This document shows, one piece after another, positions 1 through 7,328 of a stretch of 22,185 bases of DNA. This DNA is from Candidatus Hatepunaea meridiana. GTDB lineage: Bacteria; Electryoneota; AABM5-125-24; Hatepunaeales; Hatepunaeaceae. The position numbers and the translations under genes were made by a program. Where the stretch lies: contig JAVCDD010000229.1 of assembly GCA_030765125.1 (NCBI GenBank), positions 1 through 22,185 of the forward strand. Direction: 5' to 3'. The notes below the pieces were generated by a model. It searched no databases. It saw nothing but the letters and a program-made list of their open reading frames with translations, and was not told where the DNA came from. How positions within the stretch are numbered: position 1 is the stretch's first letter; the number at the start of each line of letters is the position of its first letter.

Positions 1-294
1 CCCGGGTCGCTTTATGAAACATTCCGACCGGATAAGGCAAAGTGGCTATGGGAGAGATTTGAGTTTGTTTATACTCCGAAGCATGGGAGTTGGTTAAACA
101 TGGCTGAGATAGAATTGAACGTTATTACGGGACAGTGTCTGAATCGAAGGATTGACGATATTGAAGTTGTTAGGAAAGAGGTACATGCATGGCAAGAATC
201 CAGAAACAATAAAAATGCAAAGGTTAATTGGCAGTTCACAACTAAAGATGCTCGTATAAAATTGTCTCGACTTTATCCGACAATTGATGGTTGA
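1..294 (+). CDS. IS630-family (Tc1/mariner superfamily) transposase, C-terminal fragment; 5' end lies outside the window
   Basis: Frame 1 is open from nt 1. It reads PGSLYETFRPDKAKWLWERFEFVYTPKHGSWLNMAEIELNVITGQCLNRRIDDIEVVRKEVHAWQESRNN...VNWQFTTKDARIKLSRLYPTIDG, with a TGA stop at 292..294. The TPKHGSWLNMAEIE and FTT.DARIKL.RLYP motifs are the characteristic C-terminus of IS630-family transposases as I remember them. Confidence 0.75.
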   Translation, partial: PGSLYETFRPDKAKWLWERFEFVYTPKHGSWLNMAEIELNVITGQCLNRRIDDIEVVRKEVHAWQESRNNKNAKVNWQFTTKDARIKLSRLYPTIDG

Positions 295-350
295 CGTGAC
301 ACTAGACGCGGATTAGCAATAATTCTGAATCAAATATTACCTCCAAAAAG
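1..350 (+). mobile_element. right-hand portion of an IS630-family insertion sequence; the right terminal inverted repeat cannot be pinned down without the left end
   Basis: The transposase tail is followed by about 55 bp before homology to the effector-like gene family resumes near 352. A TA-containing junction is expected for IS630 but was not resolved. Confidence 0.45.
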
Positions 351-387
351 TAGAAATGACCTTCAGGATTTTAGCCAACCTGAAGGA

Positions 388-1017
388 ATGCACCCAGGAG
401 GTAATCATCATCATTACAGTTGCTATTTAACGACGCAGGATTTACCAGAGGATAGCAGTGGAACCGAAATCTGGTGGAATAACAGGATTACTGATTCAAT
501 CATTCCAACCATACAGCAAATCGTTGATCAACATAACTCATCTGGCAACTATAGAGGTCGTGACGCAGCCTGGATACAGCTCAGGTCGGGATTCAGATGC
601 CCAATAAGGAATAAAAGTTCACAAGTTAAAGGTGCAAATAACAGTCCGCATTTAATGGGCGCAGCCGTTGATCACAAAATTTTGTGGGATAGTCAAGATC
701 TTAACATTGACGCCGATCGAAGACGTCTTTCCAAAATAACCTATCAGATATTTTTTAAATATGATAGCCTGCTTTTTCAAGGTGGCTATCTCTATGGTGT
801 AAGAATTAATAGTGATGGAACAGCAGTTAATTCAGGCTCTTCAAGGCTACGGGATAATCGTTTCTGGAACAAGGATGGTCAAAGGCGTTATACATATCCC
901 CCTAACCCAACTGAAGTCCGGCATTTGTGGTATGTTTGGAGCGCCGGAGATACTACAAAGGTAGTGATGACCCGTGGACACAGTGATTGGTTTCCCAACA
1001 AGAAAAGGAGAAGATAG
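388..1017 (+). pseudogene. 5'-truncated paralog of the 1956..3659 gene, retaining only the C-terminal LAS/M15-like zinc-peptidase domain. The frame is open from 295 and homology starts near 352.
   Basis: MHPGGNHHHYS...SGFRCPIRNKSSQVKGANNSPHLMGAAVDH...TRGHSDW aligns with residues ~390-586 of the 586-aa ORF (GMHPSGIHHHYS...SGYRCPIKNSNLGGAGGSAHMFGSAIDY...RAHTDIR). The N-terminal ~390 codons are replaced by the IS630 element. The stop at 1015..1017 lies 8 nt before the P1 start. Confidence 0.6.
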
Positions 1018-1025
1018 GAGAAATA

Positions 1026-1883
1026 ATGAAAAGAACATTAGCAATTGTCGTAATAATTCTATCCATGTTTTCAACTAATGCTTTCGCCCAGGAAACGCCT
1101 TTGGACACAATAGTAGTCTGGTTTAGCGATTCGCTGAATCAGAATAGACAGGTAAGCGCGTTCTTTACTATCATAGAATCCCACAATTATCATTTCACTG
1201 GGAAAATGGTCGAAGTTAAACCGGAATATGATTCTTCGAAAGTGCGCGACGCATTTGAAGTTTTCGTCAGATCAATCTCTATTAACGCCCCCGTTTATCA
1301 CCCTTTGGATTTCATTGCCTCACAACATCTGGCGACGCCGCCTGTCGCAGACGATACGCTCGGACAAATTGCGCTGGAGAATTGGGATTCACCGGACATT
1401 CTTGACATGGATCTAAGTCTGTACGTTAACTGGGGTTTTACATCCGATCTCTATGAAATAGCGGATATTTTATATGAACCTCAGGGAATAGGGTACTACT
1501 GTGATGTCTGGAACGAGATGGGTATCGGTTATTTTGAGTATATAGAAGATCAACTGGAAGCCGATTCAACCGAATATATGGGTATCTGGAAATGCTCACA
1601 ATATCTGGCTCGATGCGTTGATAAGGATACTACTATTGAGACGAAAGCACTAGAAATACTGTTGGATTGTGCTGCTTCAATGTCACCAGCGCGTCATAGA
1701 GGTATTGTTGGAGAAGGTATCGTCCAGTTATACATGATTGGATACACGGAAGTCAAAAATACTATTGATTCTCTATTAGTCGACCCTGTTCCATCTGTTA
1801 AACGAAAAGTCGTGTGGGATATCCAGAACCAACAACGAAAGAACAACCTCCTGATGGAGTTTAACCTCGGTTCTGATGAATAA
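1026..1883 (+). CDS. secreted protein of unknown function, paralog P1 of a four-member family
   Basis: ATG at 1026 with GGAG at 1017..1020. Signal peptide MKRTLAIVVIILSMFSTNAFA|QE. The family-conserved blocks are present: TPLDT.VVWF.DSLNQ, FVRSI.INA, LSLYVNWGFT.DLY.IAD and the C-terminal QQRKNNLLMEFNLGSDE. Confidence 0.8.
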   Translation: MKRTLAIVVIILSMFSTNAFAQETPLDTIVVWFSDSLNQNRQVSAFFTIIESHNYHFTGKMVEVKPEYDSSKVRDAFEVFVRSISINAPVYHPLDFIASQHLATPPVADDTLGQIALENWDSPDILDMDLSLYVNWGFTSDLYEIADILYEPQGIGYYCDVWNEMGIGYFEYIEDQLEADSTEYMGIWKCSQYLARCVDKDTTIETKALEILLDCAASMSPARHRGIVGEGIVQLYMIGYTEVKNTIDSLLVDPVPSVKRKVVWDIQNQQRKNNLLMEFNLGSDE

Positions 1884-1903
1884 CTTTTCCTTTGAATTTT
1901 GAC

Positions 1904-1935
1904 AAAACCCACTCCGTTAATTCGGAGTGGGTTTT
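1904..1935 (+). terminator. rho-independent-type hairpin between P1 and the large gene (aaaacccactccg-ttaatt-cggagtgggtttt, followed by a T-rich stretch)
   Basis: 13-bp perfect stem, 6-nt loop, followed by tttcttctct. A copy at 6269..6300 carries compensatory substitutions. The ORF-track start at 1899 is a TTG read through this hairpin and is rejected. Confidence 0.55.
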
Positions 1936-1955
1936 CTTCTCTGACCGGTTACAAC

Positions 1956-3659
1956 ATGACTGGTGTATTTGCCCCCGACCCGATTGATGATTATCTTGTC
2001 AATGGAGCTTCGCTTGAGGCTTACGTTATGCTGAACGATAATAACGTCGGTTCCGATACTATTGCAGTTGATTCGCTGCCTCCACCAGAGATACGGGTAT
2101 ATTTCGCCAACAGCGGCTACGAGGAGGTTCCGAAGGGAGCATTCTTCTACGTCCACTGGGACAGCATCTGGGTGGTGGTGGACAGCTTGACCGATGCTCA
2201 AGTACCGACGGTAACATTGGAGTTCAGTGCAAATGGCAAGATCTTCGGTGCGGGAGACATTGCCTGGGATTCGGATTCATCTTACTGGAAAACAGGCGTA
2301 TCAATTGACGCTGACGCCATTCCGACATTGGAGGAGTGGTATATGTATCCATGCGACATCCTGCGAGCCCACGCCAATTACAGCGACACTCATACAACCG
2401 ATGAAATCCGCTGCTTCGACCTGGTCGTCAACACCGGCAGTCTGCGCAACTACAACGGCTCGCCTCCGGTAGTAATGGCTTTAAGGCGCGATGACGATGC
2501 AGATGTCAATGACAGTGGCTTTGTGGCTAATCGGGTTTTATATGACTGGAATGATAACTACTTCGGAGACAACCTGTTTCTGGAATTGCAGAGCTTTAAT
2601 GTTAATCCCGATACGCTCAAAGCCTGGTTTGAATCGGCACAATTCACACAATACTTGCTTGATCCGTTCAACAATAATCATGGCAGCGCTGCATTCTTCT
2701 CTTTGGACGATTTCAGCGGTGAACCATACAACTACCTGAGTGACCTGTTCCAATCATATACTGTTTGGATATCCCAGGGTTGGCCCACGATAGATACTCC
2801 TTCAACCTCAACCGGCAGGGCACACAGGCTCAGGTACAAGGTTACTATAACAGTCAACAATTGGCGCACGGACTGGTGGCCAAGCCAGAACTCATTTATC
2901 GTTTCCAGTCCGATGATTTACCAGAATCCGGTGGATATTTTGCGGCAGGAGTATTTTGATCTGTATGGGAAAATAAGAAGGATCGTTGGAGATGATACGA
3001 TTTTTTACGTTGATCCTGAATGGATTAGTCCTTTATTATCAAATAACTTTATTGACTATGATGTGCCGTTAGGGATGCATCCAAGCGGTATTCACCATCA
3101 CTACAGCAATCATGACAGTACTCAGAACCTCGCGCCTGCAGATAGTATTTTTGAAATCTGGTGTGATTCGAGCATAACAGTGCTAATTGATTGGATTGGA
3201 TGCTACGATTTCAGTGACATAGACCCAAACCTTGTTATAAACAGAACATTTACTTCAGGTTACAGGTGTCCAATCAAGAACTCTAATCTAGGTGGTGCAG
3301 GTGGGAGTGCACACATGTTTGGCAGCGCTATTGATTATAATTTGTACTGGAATGAGTTCAGACATACGAACGAAGATCATAGAAAGAAGCTTTCGAAAAT
3401 CTTTTACAAGGTCTATTCTAGCGCGAATTTACAGCCTGCCAACCATAATTATACTGGATTGTATGGTCAGAATGTCAACAATTGGGGAACCGAGATTATC
3501 TTTAAACGATCTTACTTCCTCAATGATACTCTCGGAAGAGTTGATGGCTATCCAGATCCAGGGAAAGCCTTAGAATGGCCATTACGGTACATTTCAGGAA
3601 ATGATACGATCATTGTTTGTTATACAAGAGCTCACACAGATATTCGTCATCGAAGATAA
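1956..3659 (+). CDS. large (567-aa) protein with no signal peptide. The N-terminal ~390 aa are unknown. The C-terminus is a LAS-family zinc peptidase domain of peptidase M15 / DUF882 (MepK/YcbK-like or VanX/VanY-like) type. Candidate peptidoglycan-hydrolase effector.
   Basis: The first ATG after the hairpin is at 1956; the N-terminus is not hydrophobic. The C-terminus carries SGYRCPIKNSNLGGAGGSAHMFGSAIDY (the SxHxxGxAxD zinc-ligand motif) and a distal YTRAHTDIRHRR (the H.D.R motif of M15A/DUF882 enzymes). A truncated paralog lies at 388..1017. Confidence 0.7.
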   Translation: MTGVFAPDPIDDYLVNGASLEAYVMLNDNNVGSDTIAVDSLPPPEIRVYFANSGYEEVPKGAFFYVHWDSIWVVVDSLTDAQVPTVTLEFSANGKIFGAGDIAWDSDSSYWKTGVSIDADAIPTLEEWYMYPCDILRAHANYSDTHTTDEIRCFDLVVNTGSLRNYNGSPPVVMALRRDDDADVNDSGFVANRVLYDWNDNYFGDNLFLELQSFNVNPDTLKAWFESAQFTQYLLDPFNNNHGSAAFFSLDDFSGEPYNYLSDLFQSYTVWISQGWPTIDTPSTSTGRAHRLRYKVTITVNNWRTDWWPSQNSFIVSSPMIYQNPVDILRQEYFDLYGKIRRIVGDDTIFYVDPEWISPLLSNNFIDYDVPLGMHPSGIHHHYSNHDSTQNLAPADSIFEIWCDSSITVLIDWIGCYDFSDIDPNLVINRTFTSGYRCPIKNSNLGGAGGSAHMFGSAIDYNLYWNEFRHTNEDHRKKLSKIFYKVYSSANLQPANHNYTGLYGQNVNNWGTEIIFKRSYFLNDTLGRVDGYPDPGKALEWPLRYISGNDTIIVCYTRAHTDIRHRR

Positions 3660-3673
3660 TTTTGGAGATGAAA

Positions 3674-4504
3674 ATGAAGCAGTTCAAATTTTCGTTTTTA
3701 GTTCTATTAATGCCGCTAATGCTTGCTAATGCATCAGCTTGGCAAGATTCAATAGTTGTTATGTTTGACAGAACAAAAAACCAGTATACTCAAAGGTGGG
3801 CGTTCAGGACAATTTCAGAACTCACGCCAGCGTTTGTGAGACCGTTTGCAAATACGACCATAAAGGATGATTTTAACACAACCGATGTTAAAGCCGCCTT
3901 TGTTCGATTCGTTGAGTCAATTACCATAAACAAACCTGATCCGTACCCTCCCGATTTTGTTCCCTGTGCCTATCTTGATACTCCAGGAGATGATCGGGAC
4001 ATTGAGGGTATGATTGAGCTTCCTTATATTCTGAGTTTATGTGTCTCATGGAATATTGGTGGGAATCTATACACTATTGCTGATTCGCTATACATAGGGT
4101 ATAATCATTTGTTTCCCGTATATTGTTTTATCTGGAATCAAATGGATACCAGTTACTTCAATCACGTACTTACCCGAACTCAGACCGATTCAACTTTTGT
4201 GAATGGCGTTGGAATAGCGGAGGCGTACCTTTTGTACGGTGAGGATCCAAAGAAAGAGATGAAGAAAATTGCTCTTGATATCCTCGAAACGGGAGCGTTC
4301 TCGCCCTATTACGAAATCCGTCGTTGGACTGCTTATAGAATTGTGAAAGTATATACTGCAGGTTACACATCACTGTTTTCAAGTGTAAATACGTTATTGC
4401 ATGATTCAAGGCAACCCATCAGGTATGAAATCAACTACGAAATATCTAAACAACAGCGCAGAAACAACGCCCTGATGGAGTTTAACCTTGGTTCTGATGA
4501 ATAA
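3674..4504 (+). CDS. secreted protein, paralog P2. An alternative start at 3668 would add MK.
   Basis: GGAG at 3664..3667, so the ATG at 3674 has better spacing. Signal peptide MKQFKFSFLVLLMPLMLANASA|WQ. Conserved FVESITINKP, SLCVSWNIGGNLYTIADSLY and the C-terminal QQRRNNALMEFNLGSDE. Starts 15 nt after the stop of the large gene. Confidence 0.75.
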   Translation: MKQFKFSFLVLLMPLMLANASAWQDSIVVMFDRTKNQYTQRWAFRTISELTPAFVRPFANTTIKDDFNTTDVKAAFVRFVESITINKPDPYPPDFVPCAYLDTPGDDRDIEGMIELPYILSLCVSWNIGGNLYTIADSLYIGYNHLFPVYCFIWNQMDTSYFNHVLTRTQTDSTFVNGVGIAEAYLLYGEDPKKEMKKIALDILETGAFSPYYEIRRWTAYRIVKVYTAGYTSLFSSVNTLLHDSRQPIRYEINYEISKQQRRNNALMEFNLGSDE

Positions 4505-5369
4505 AGGTGTGAAATATATTGTCTTCATTCTGCTTGGGTTGGTGATGTTTGCTAATAGCGCTTTTGCACAAAGTACTCCTTTAGATACAGTTGTTGTCTG
4601 GTTCAACGATAGTCTAAATCAAGAAAAACAGGTTGGTGCATTCTACACAATTATTGTACAAGAGGACTATCATCGATCAACTGATATGGTTGAAGTAAGT
4701 CCAGAATATGATTCTACTAGAGTTCGTAATGCTTTCGAAAATTTTGTACGATCAATTACAATAAATGCTTACACTAGTTATCCTCCAGGATTTAAAGCTA
4801 GTTTATCATTAAACAATCGACCTGCGCCTGAAGATTCCGTTGGATTGCAGGAAGCTGAAGAATGGGATGTCCCTCATATATTGGATTATGTGCTAAGTTT
4901 ATACGTAAATTGGGGATTCACGACAGACCTCTATACAATTGCTGACTTGCTATATCAACCTCATGTAAATCGTATAGGCTATTACGCAATCATTTGGAAT
5001 GAATTAGGTATGGATTATTTCGAACACCTTGAAGATGAACAGGAATCCGATTCAACATTTTACAAAGGTATTTGGATTTGCTCCGAATACCTAACTCAAG
5101 CATACATAAAAGAAGATGACTTGGAAGAAAAAGCCCTTGATTTGCTAGCTGATCGAACACTATCCGGTGTCTCTTCAGTACAAAGAATGTACGCGGGTGC
5201 GAGAATGGTTGAGATCTATATGAAAGGTTATACAAATGTAAAAGCTTGCATAGATACCCTACTACAAGCTGATGATCAATACGTAAAACGCGAGGTTATA
5301 TGGGATATTCAAGAACAACAACGTAAAAACAATCTCCTGATGGAGTTCGACCTCGGTTCGGATGAATAG
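4497..5369 (+). CDS. secreted protein, paralog P3
   Basis: The ATG at 4497 sits inside the GATGAATAA that terminates P2, giving an 8-nt overlap. Signal peptide MNKGVKYIVFILLGLVMFANSAFA|QS. 60-70% identical to P1 over the N-terminal half. C-terminal QQRKNNLLMEFDLGSDE. Confidence 0.8.
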   Translation: MNKGVKYIVFILLGLVMFANSAFAQSTPLDTVVVWFNDSLNQEKQVGAFYTIIVQEDYHRSTDMVEVSPEYDSTRVRNAFENFVRSITINAYTSYPPGFKASLSLNNRPAPEDSVGLQEAEEWDVPHILDYVLSLYVNWGFTTDLYTIADLLYQPHVNRIGYYAIIWNELGMDYFEHLEDEQESDSTFYKGIWICSEYLTQAYIKEDDLEEKALDLLADRTLSGVSSVQRMYAGARMVEIYMKGYTNVKACIDTLLQADDQYVKREVIWDIQEQQRKNNLLMEFDLGSDE

Positions 5370-6247
5370 ATGTGTAAAATATATTGCCTTCATTCTGCTT
5401 GGGTTGATGATTTCGGTTTCACAAATTTATGCGGAAACTGTTCCGGTTGACACCGTAATCACCTGGTTCAACTCATATTGCGACCAAACCAAACAAGTGA
5501 AAGCGTTTTATACAATTGCAATACCGGTAAGAGAAACGGGAGTTTCTTATACTGGCAATAGTGTTTGTTATTGTCCATATCGAATGCTAGGCGTAAAAGC
5601 AATTTACGATACCAGCTCCGTAAAAGATGCCTTCAAAAAACTTCGTTCGTTCCATAACAATCGCTGATTGTACTTCAAGTTGCGACAGTGTTATTCTCTC
5701 GGAAGAGATTTACGGTCCACTACCTGGTGTTGATTATCAGGATTGGGAACCTAGTTACATCCAGAATTCAATATTGAGCCTTTACCTATGGTGGGAGATC
5801 ACTGATGATTTAAACGATATTGCCGACCATCTTTTTACTGGTTTGAATTACCTTGATGGTTATTACTCGTATCTGTGGGATAAGATTGGCACAAGTTATT
5901 TCGAACATGTTAAAACAAAAGTTCAAACCGATACAACATTTACTTTAGGATTGATGATTGCAGGCGCTTACCTCAAGAGCCCTGAAAATCAAATCGATTC
6001 TATGGCGAGTATTGCGGTCGATATTTTAAAAGCAGGTGTAGAATCTGATGTTCGGCAACTGCGCTCAACAACTTCATTTTTAATAGTCGATGCTTATCTA
6101 AAGGGACACGATGATCTGAAGAATGGGATAGATTCGCTATTGAATGACCCTTCGGCAACTACTCGGAGAAATGTATCTTATCAGATCGAAAGACAACAAC
6201 AGAGAAACAATCTCCTGATGGAGTTCGACCTCGGTTCGGGTGAATAG
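5362..6247 (+). pseudogene. secreted-protein paralog P4, disrupted by a +1 frameshift in an A6 run at 5635..5640. Also possible: a sequencing error or a slippage site.
   Basis: The ATG at 5362 again sits inside GATGAATAG of P3. Signal peptide MNRCVKYIAFILLGLMISVSQIYA|ET. The ORF track splits it into 5362..5667 and 5627..6247. Removing one A from ttcAAAAAActt restores DAFKNFVRSITIADC, matching FVRSI(S/T)INA in P1-P3. C-terminal QQQRNNLLMEFDLGSGE. Confidence 0.7.
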
Positions 6248-6440
6248 CCTTTCCTTTGTGTTTCAACCAAAGCCCGTTCCGTTAATTCGGAGCGGGTTTT
6301 CTTTTTGTACCAGTTACAACCTGACTGGTATATTTGCCCCCGACCCAAATGATGATTATCTTGTCAATGGAGCTTCGCTTGAGGCTTATGTTATGCTAAA
6401 CGATAATAACGTCGGTTCCGATACTATTTTAGTATGCTGC
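6248..6440 (+). repeat. ~185-bp direct repeat of 1884..2063 (~90% identity): the intergenic hairpin plus the first ~55 codons of the large gene. The start codon is changed to CTG.
   Basis: Aligned by eye. Identical stretches include gcccccgaccc, gatgattatcttgtcaatggagcttcgcttgaggcttayGTtatgct and aacgataataacgtcggttccgatactatt. Similarity is lost near 6430-6445, where a secretin fragment begins. Confidence 0.8.
6269..6300 (+). terminator. second copy of the intergenic hairpin (aaagcccgttccg-ttaatt-cggagcgggtttt, followed by ctttttg)
   Basis: Stem preserved relative to 1904..1935 through paired substitutions (ac>gt on the left arm, gt>gc on the right; one G-U wobble). Confidence 0.5.
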
Positions 6441-7138
6441 AGTTAAATGGTTTTAAAGAACTCGATTTTGGCAGTATAACGGCAGTTTTTAAATCGCTGG
6501 CAAATGATCAGATTGGCGAAATTATTGCCAGTCCGCAAATCACAGTTCAATCAAACAACGAAGGTCATATCCAGATAGGCAGCGATTTCTCTGTAAGTAC
6601 TAAGGATTATTCTGGTAACACTGTTACGCAATTTTTTTCCGCAGGTACAATTATTAATGTAAATCCACATATTTTTACATTGGATACAGTAACATTTATT
6701 CACCTTGATCTTGATGTCCAGAAAAGCAGTGCGTCCGCCAGCGATCTTGGTATTGAAGTAAAAAAATCATCCGCAAAAACTTCAATATTATTGCTCGATG
6801 GAGAGGAAACAATGATTGGGGGATTATATTCAAAAGAAAAAGCTCATTCCAGAGATGGTGTTCCTATTCTTAAGGACCTGCCGGGGTAGTTACTTGGATT
6901 GAAGTATCTGTTTGGTTATGAGACGGAGAGTATGATCTACAAAGAACTGATAATCATTCTGCGAGCAGATTTGGTGCCCACACTTGAAGAACGATTGAAG
7001 AATCGACTGAGTGATGCTAAGAAACAAAACATCCTGAAAAGCAGCATAGACAGATATAGAGAGGAAATGCGGAACTACGATGCGCAATTAAATAAGAACA
7101 AACTAAAAAACAATAAAACGAATCGGTTATACCCTTAG
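6434..7138 (+). pseudogene. secretin (GspD/PilQ family) C-terminal domain fragment. It lacks its N-terminal half and has an in-frame TAG at 6887..6889.
   Basis: SPQITVQSNNEGHIQIGSDFSV...LLLDGEETMIGGLYSKEKAHSRDGVPILKDLPG * LLGLKYLFGYETESMIYKELIIILRADLV matches the secretin motifs (S.P.I.T.NNQ.A.I.VG...DGET.VLGGLI....VP.LGDIP.LG.LF....EL.IFITP). Both ORF-track pieces (6434..6889 and 6899..7138) are in frame 2. The fragment starts exactly at the repeat breakpoint, and its 3' end runs into the MITE at 7123. Confidence 0.65.
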
Positions 7139-7328
7139 CTCAGCAATGTATAATCATTGTTAAAGCCCCAATGTCTCTAATATGCAAACCTATTACAAGT
7201 AGTGTGCGAGTCTTTCCAATATATTAGATGAAAGAGTCGATTTAATGATACCGGAGTAGTGAAGCTTGCTTCGCGTCACTACGCATAAGCAAGCTTATGC
7301 ACTCCGGCTGAGCTAAAGGCATAACCGA
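7123..7328. mobile_element. MITE-like element, copy 1 (206 bp), with 22-bp terminal inverted repeats TCGGTTATRCCYTTAGCTCAGC and flanking 9-bp direct repeats ATAAAACGA (7113..7121 and 7329..7337)
   Basis: Left end tcggttatacccttagctcagc. Right end gctgagctaaaggcataaccga, which is the reverse complement with 2 mismatches. An internal palindrome gaagcttgcttcgcg...cgcataagcaagctt. A second copy at 16106..16314 is ~93% identical. Confidence 0.65.

Noticed and set aside
100-294. Treating 100..294 as an independent 64-aa gene
   Set aside because: The frame is open back to nt 1 and reads as the continuous C-terminus of an IS630 transposase. The ATG at 100 is internal.
1899-1927. TTGACA at 1899..1904 as a -35 for the large gene
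   Set aside because: No acceptable -10 hexamer at 16-18 bp spacing (the sequence there is ttcgga or attcgg). The motif is absent from the duplicated copy at 6248.
1899-1955. ORF-track start of the 586-aa protein at 1899 (MTKPTPLIRSGFSS...)
   Set aside because: Position 1899 is a TTG, and the first 12 codons are simply the two arms of the terminator hairpin read through. The first ATG is at 1956.
2227-3573. + strand ORFs 2227..2472, 2491..2739, 2765..2959 and 3292..3573, and the minus-strand ORFs 1917..2201 and 2538..2753
   Set aside because: All lie inside the 1956..3659 CDS in other frames and have no independent support.
6240-6446. 68-aa ORF MNSLSFVFQPKPVPLIRSGF...
   Set aside because: It is the duplicated hairpin plus 5' stub of the large gene. 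Its 'start' is a non-ATG codon within the P4 stop region, and the true ATG is mutated to CTG, so it is a remnant and not a gene.
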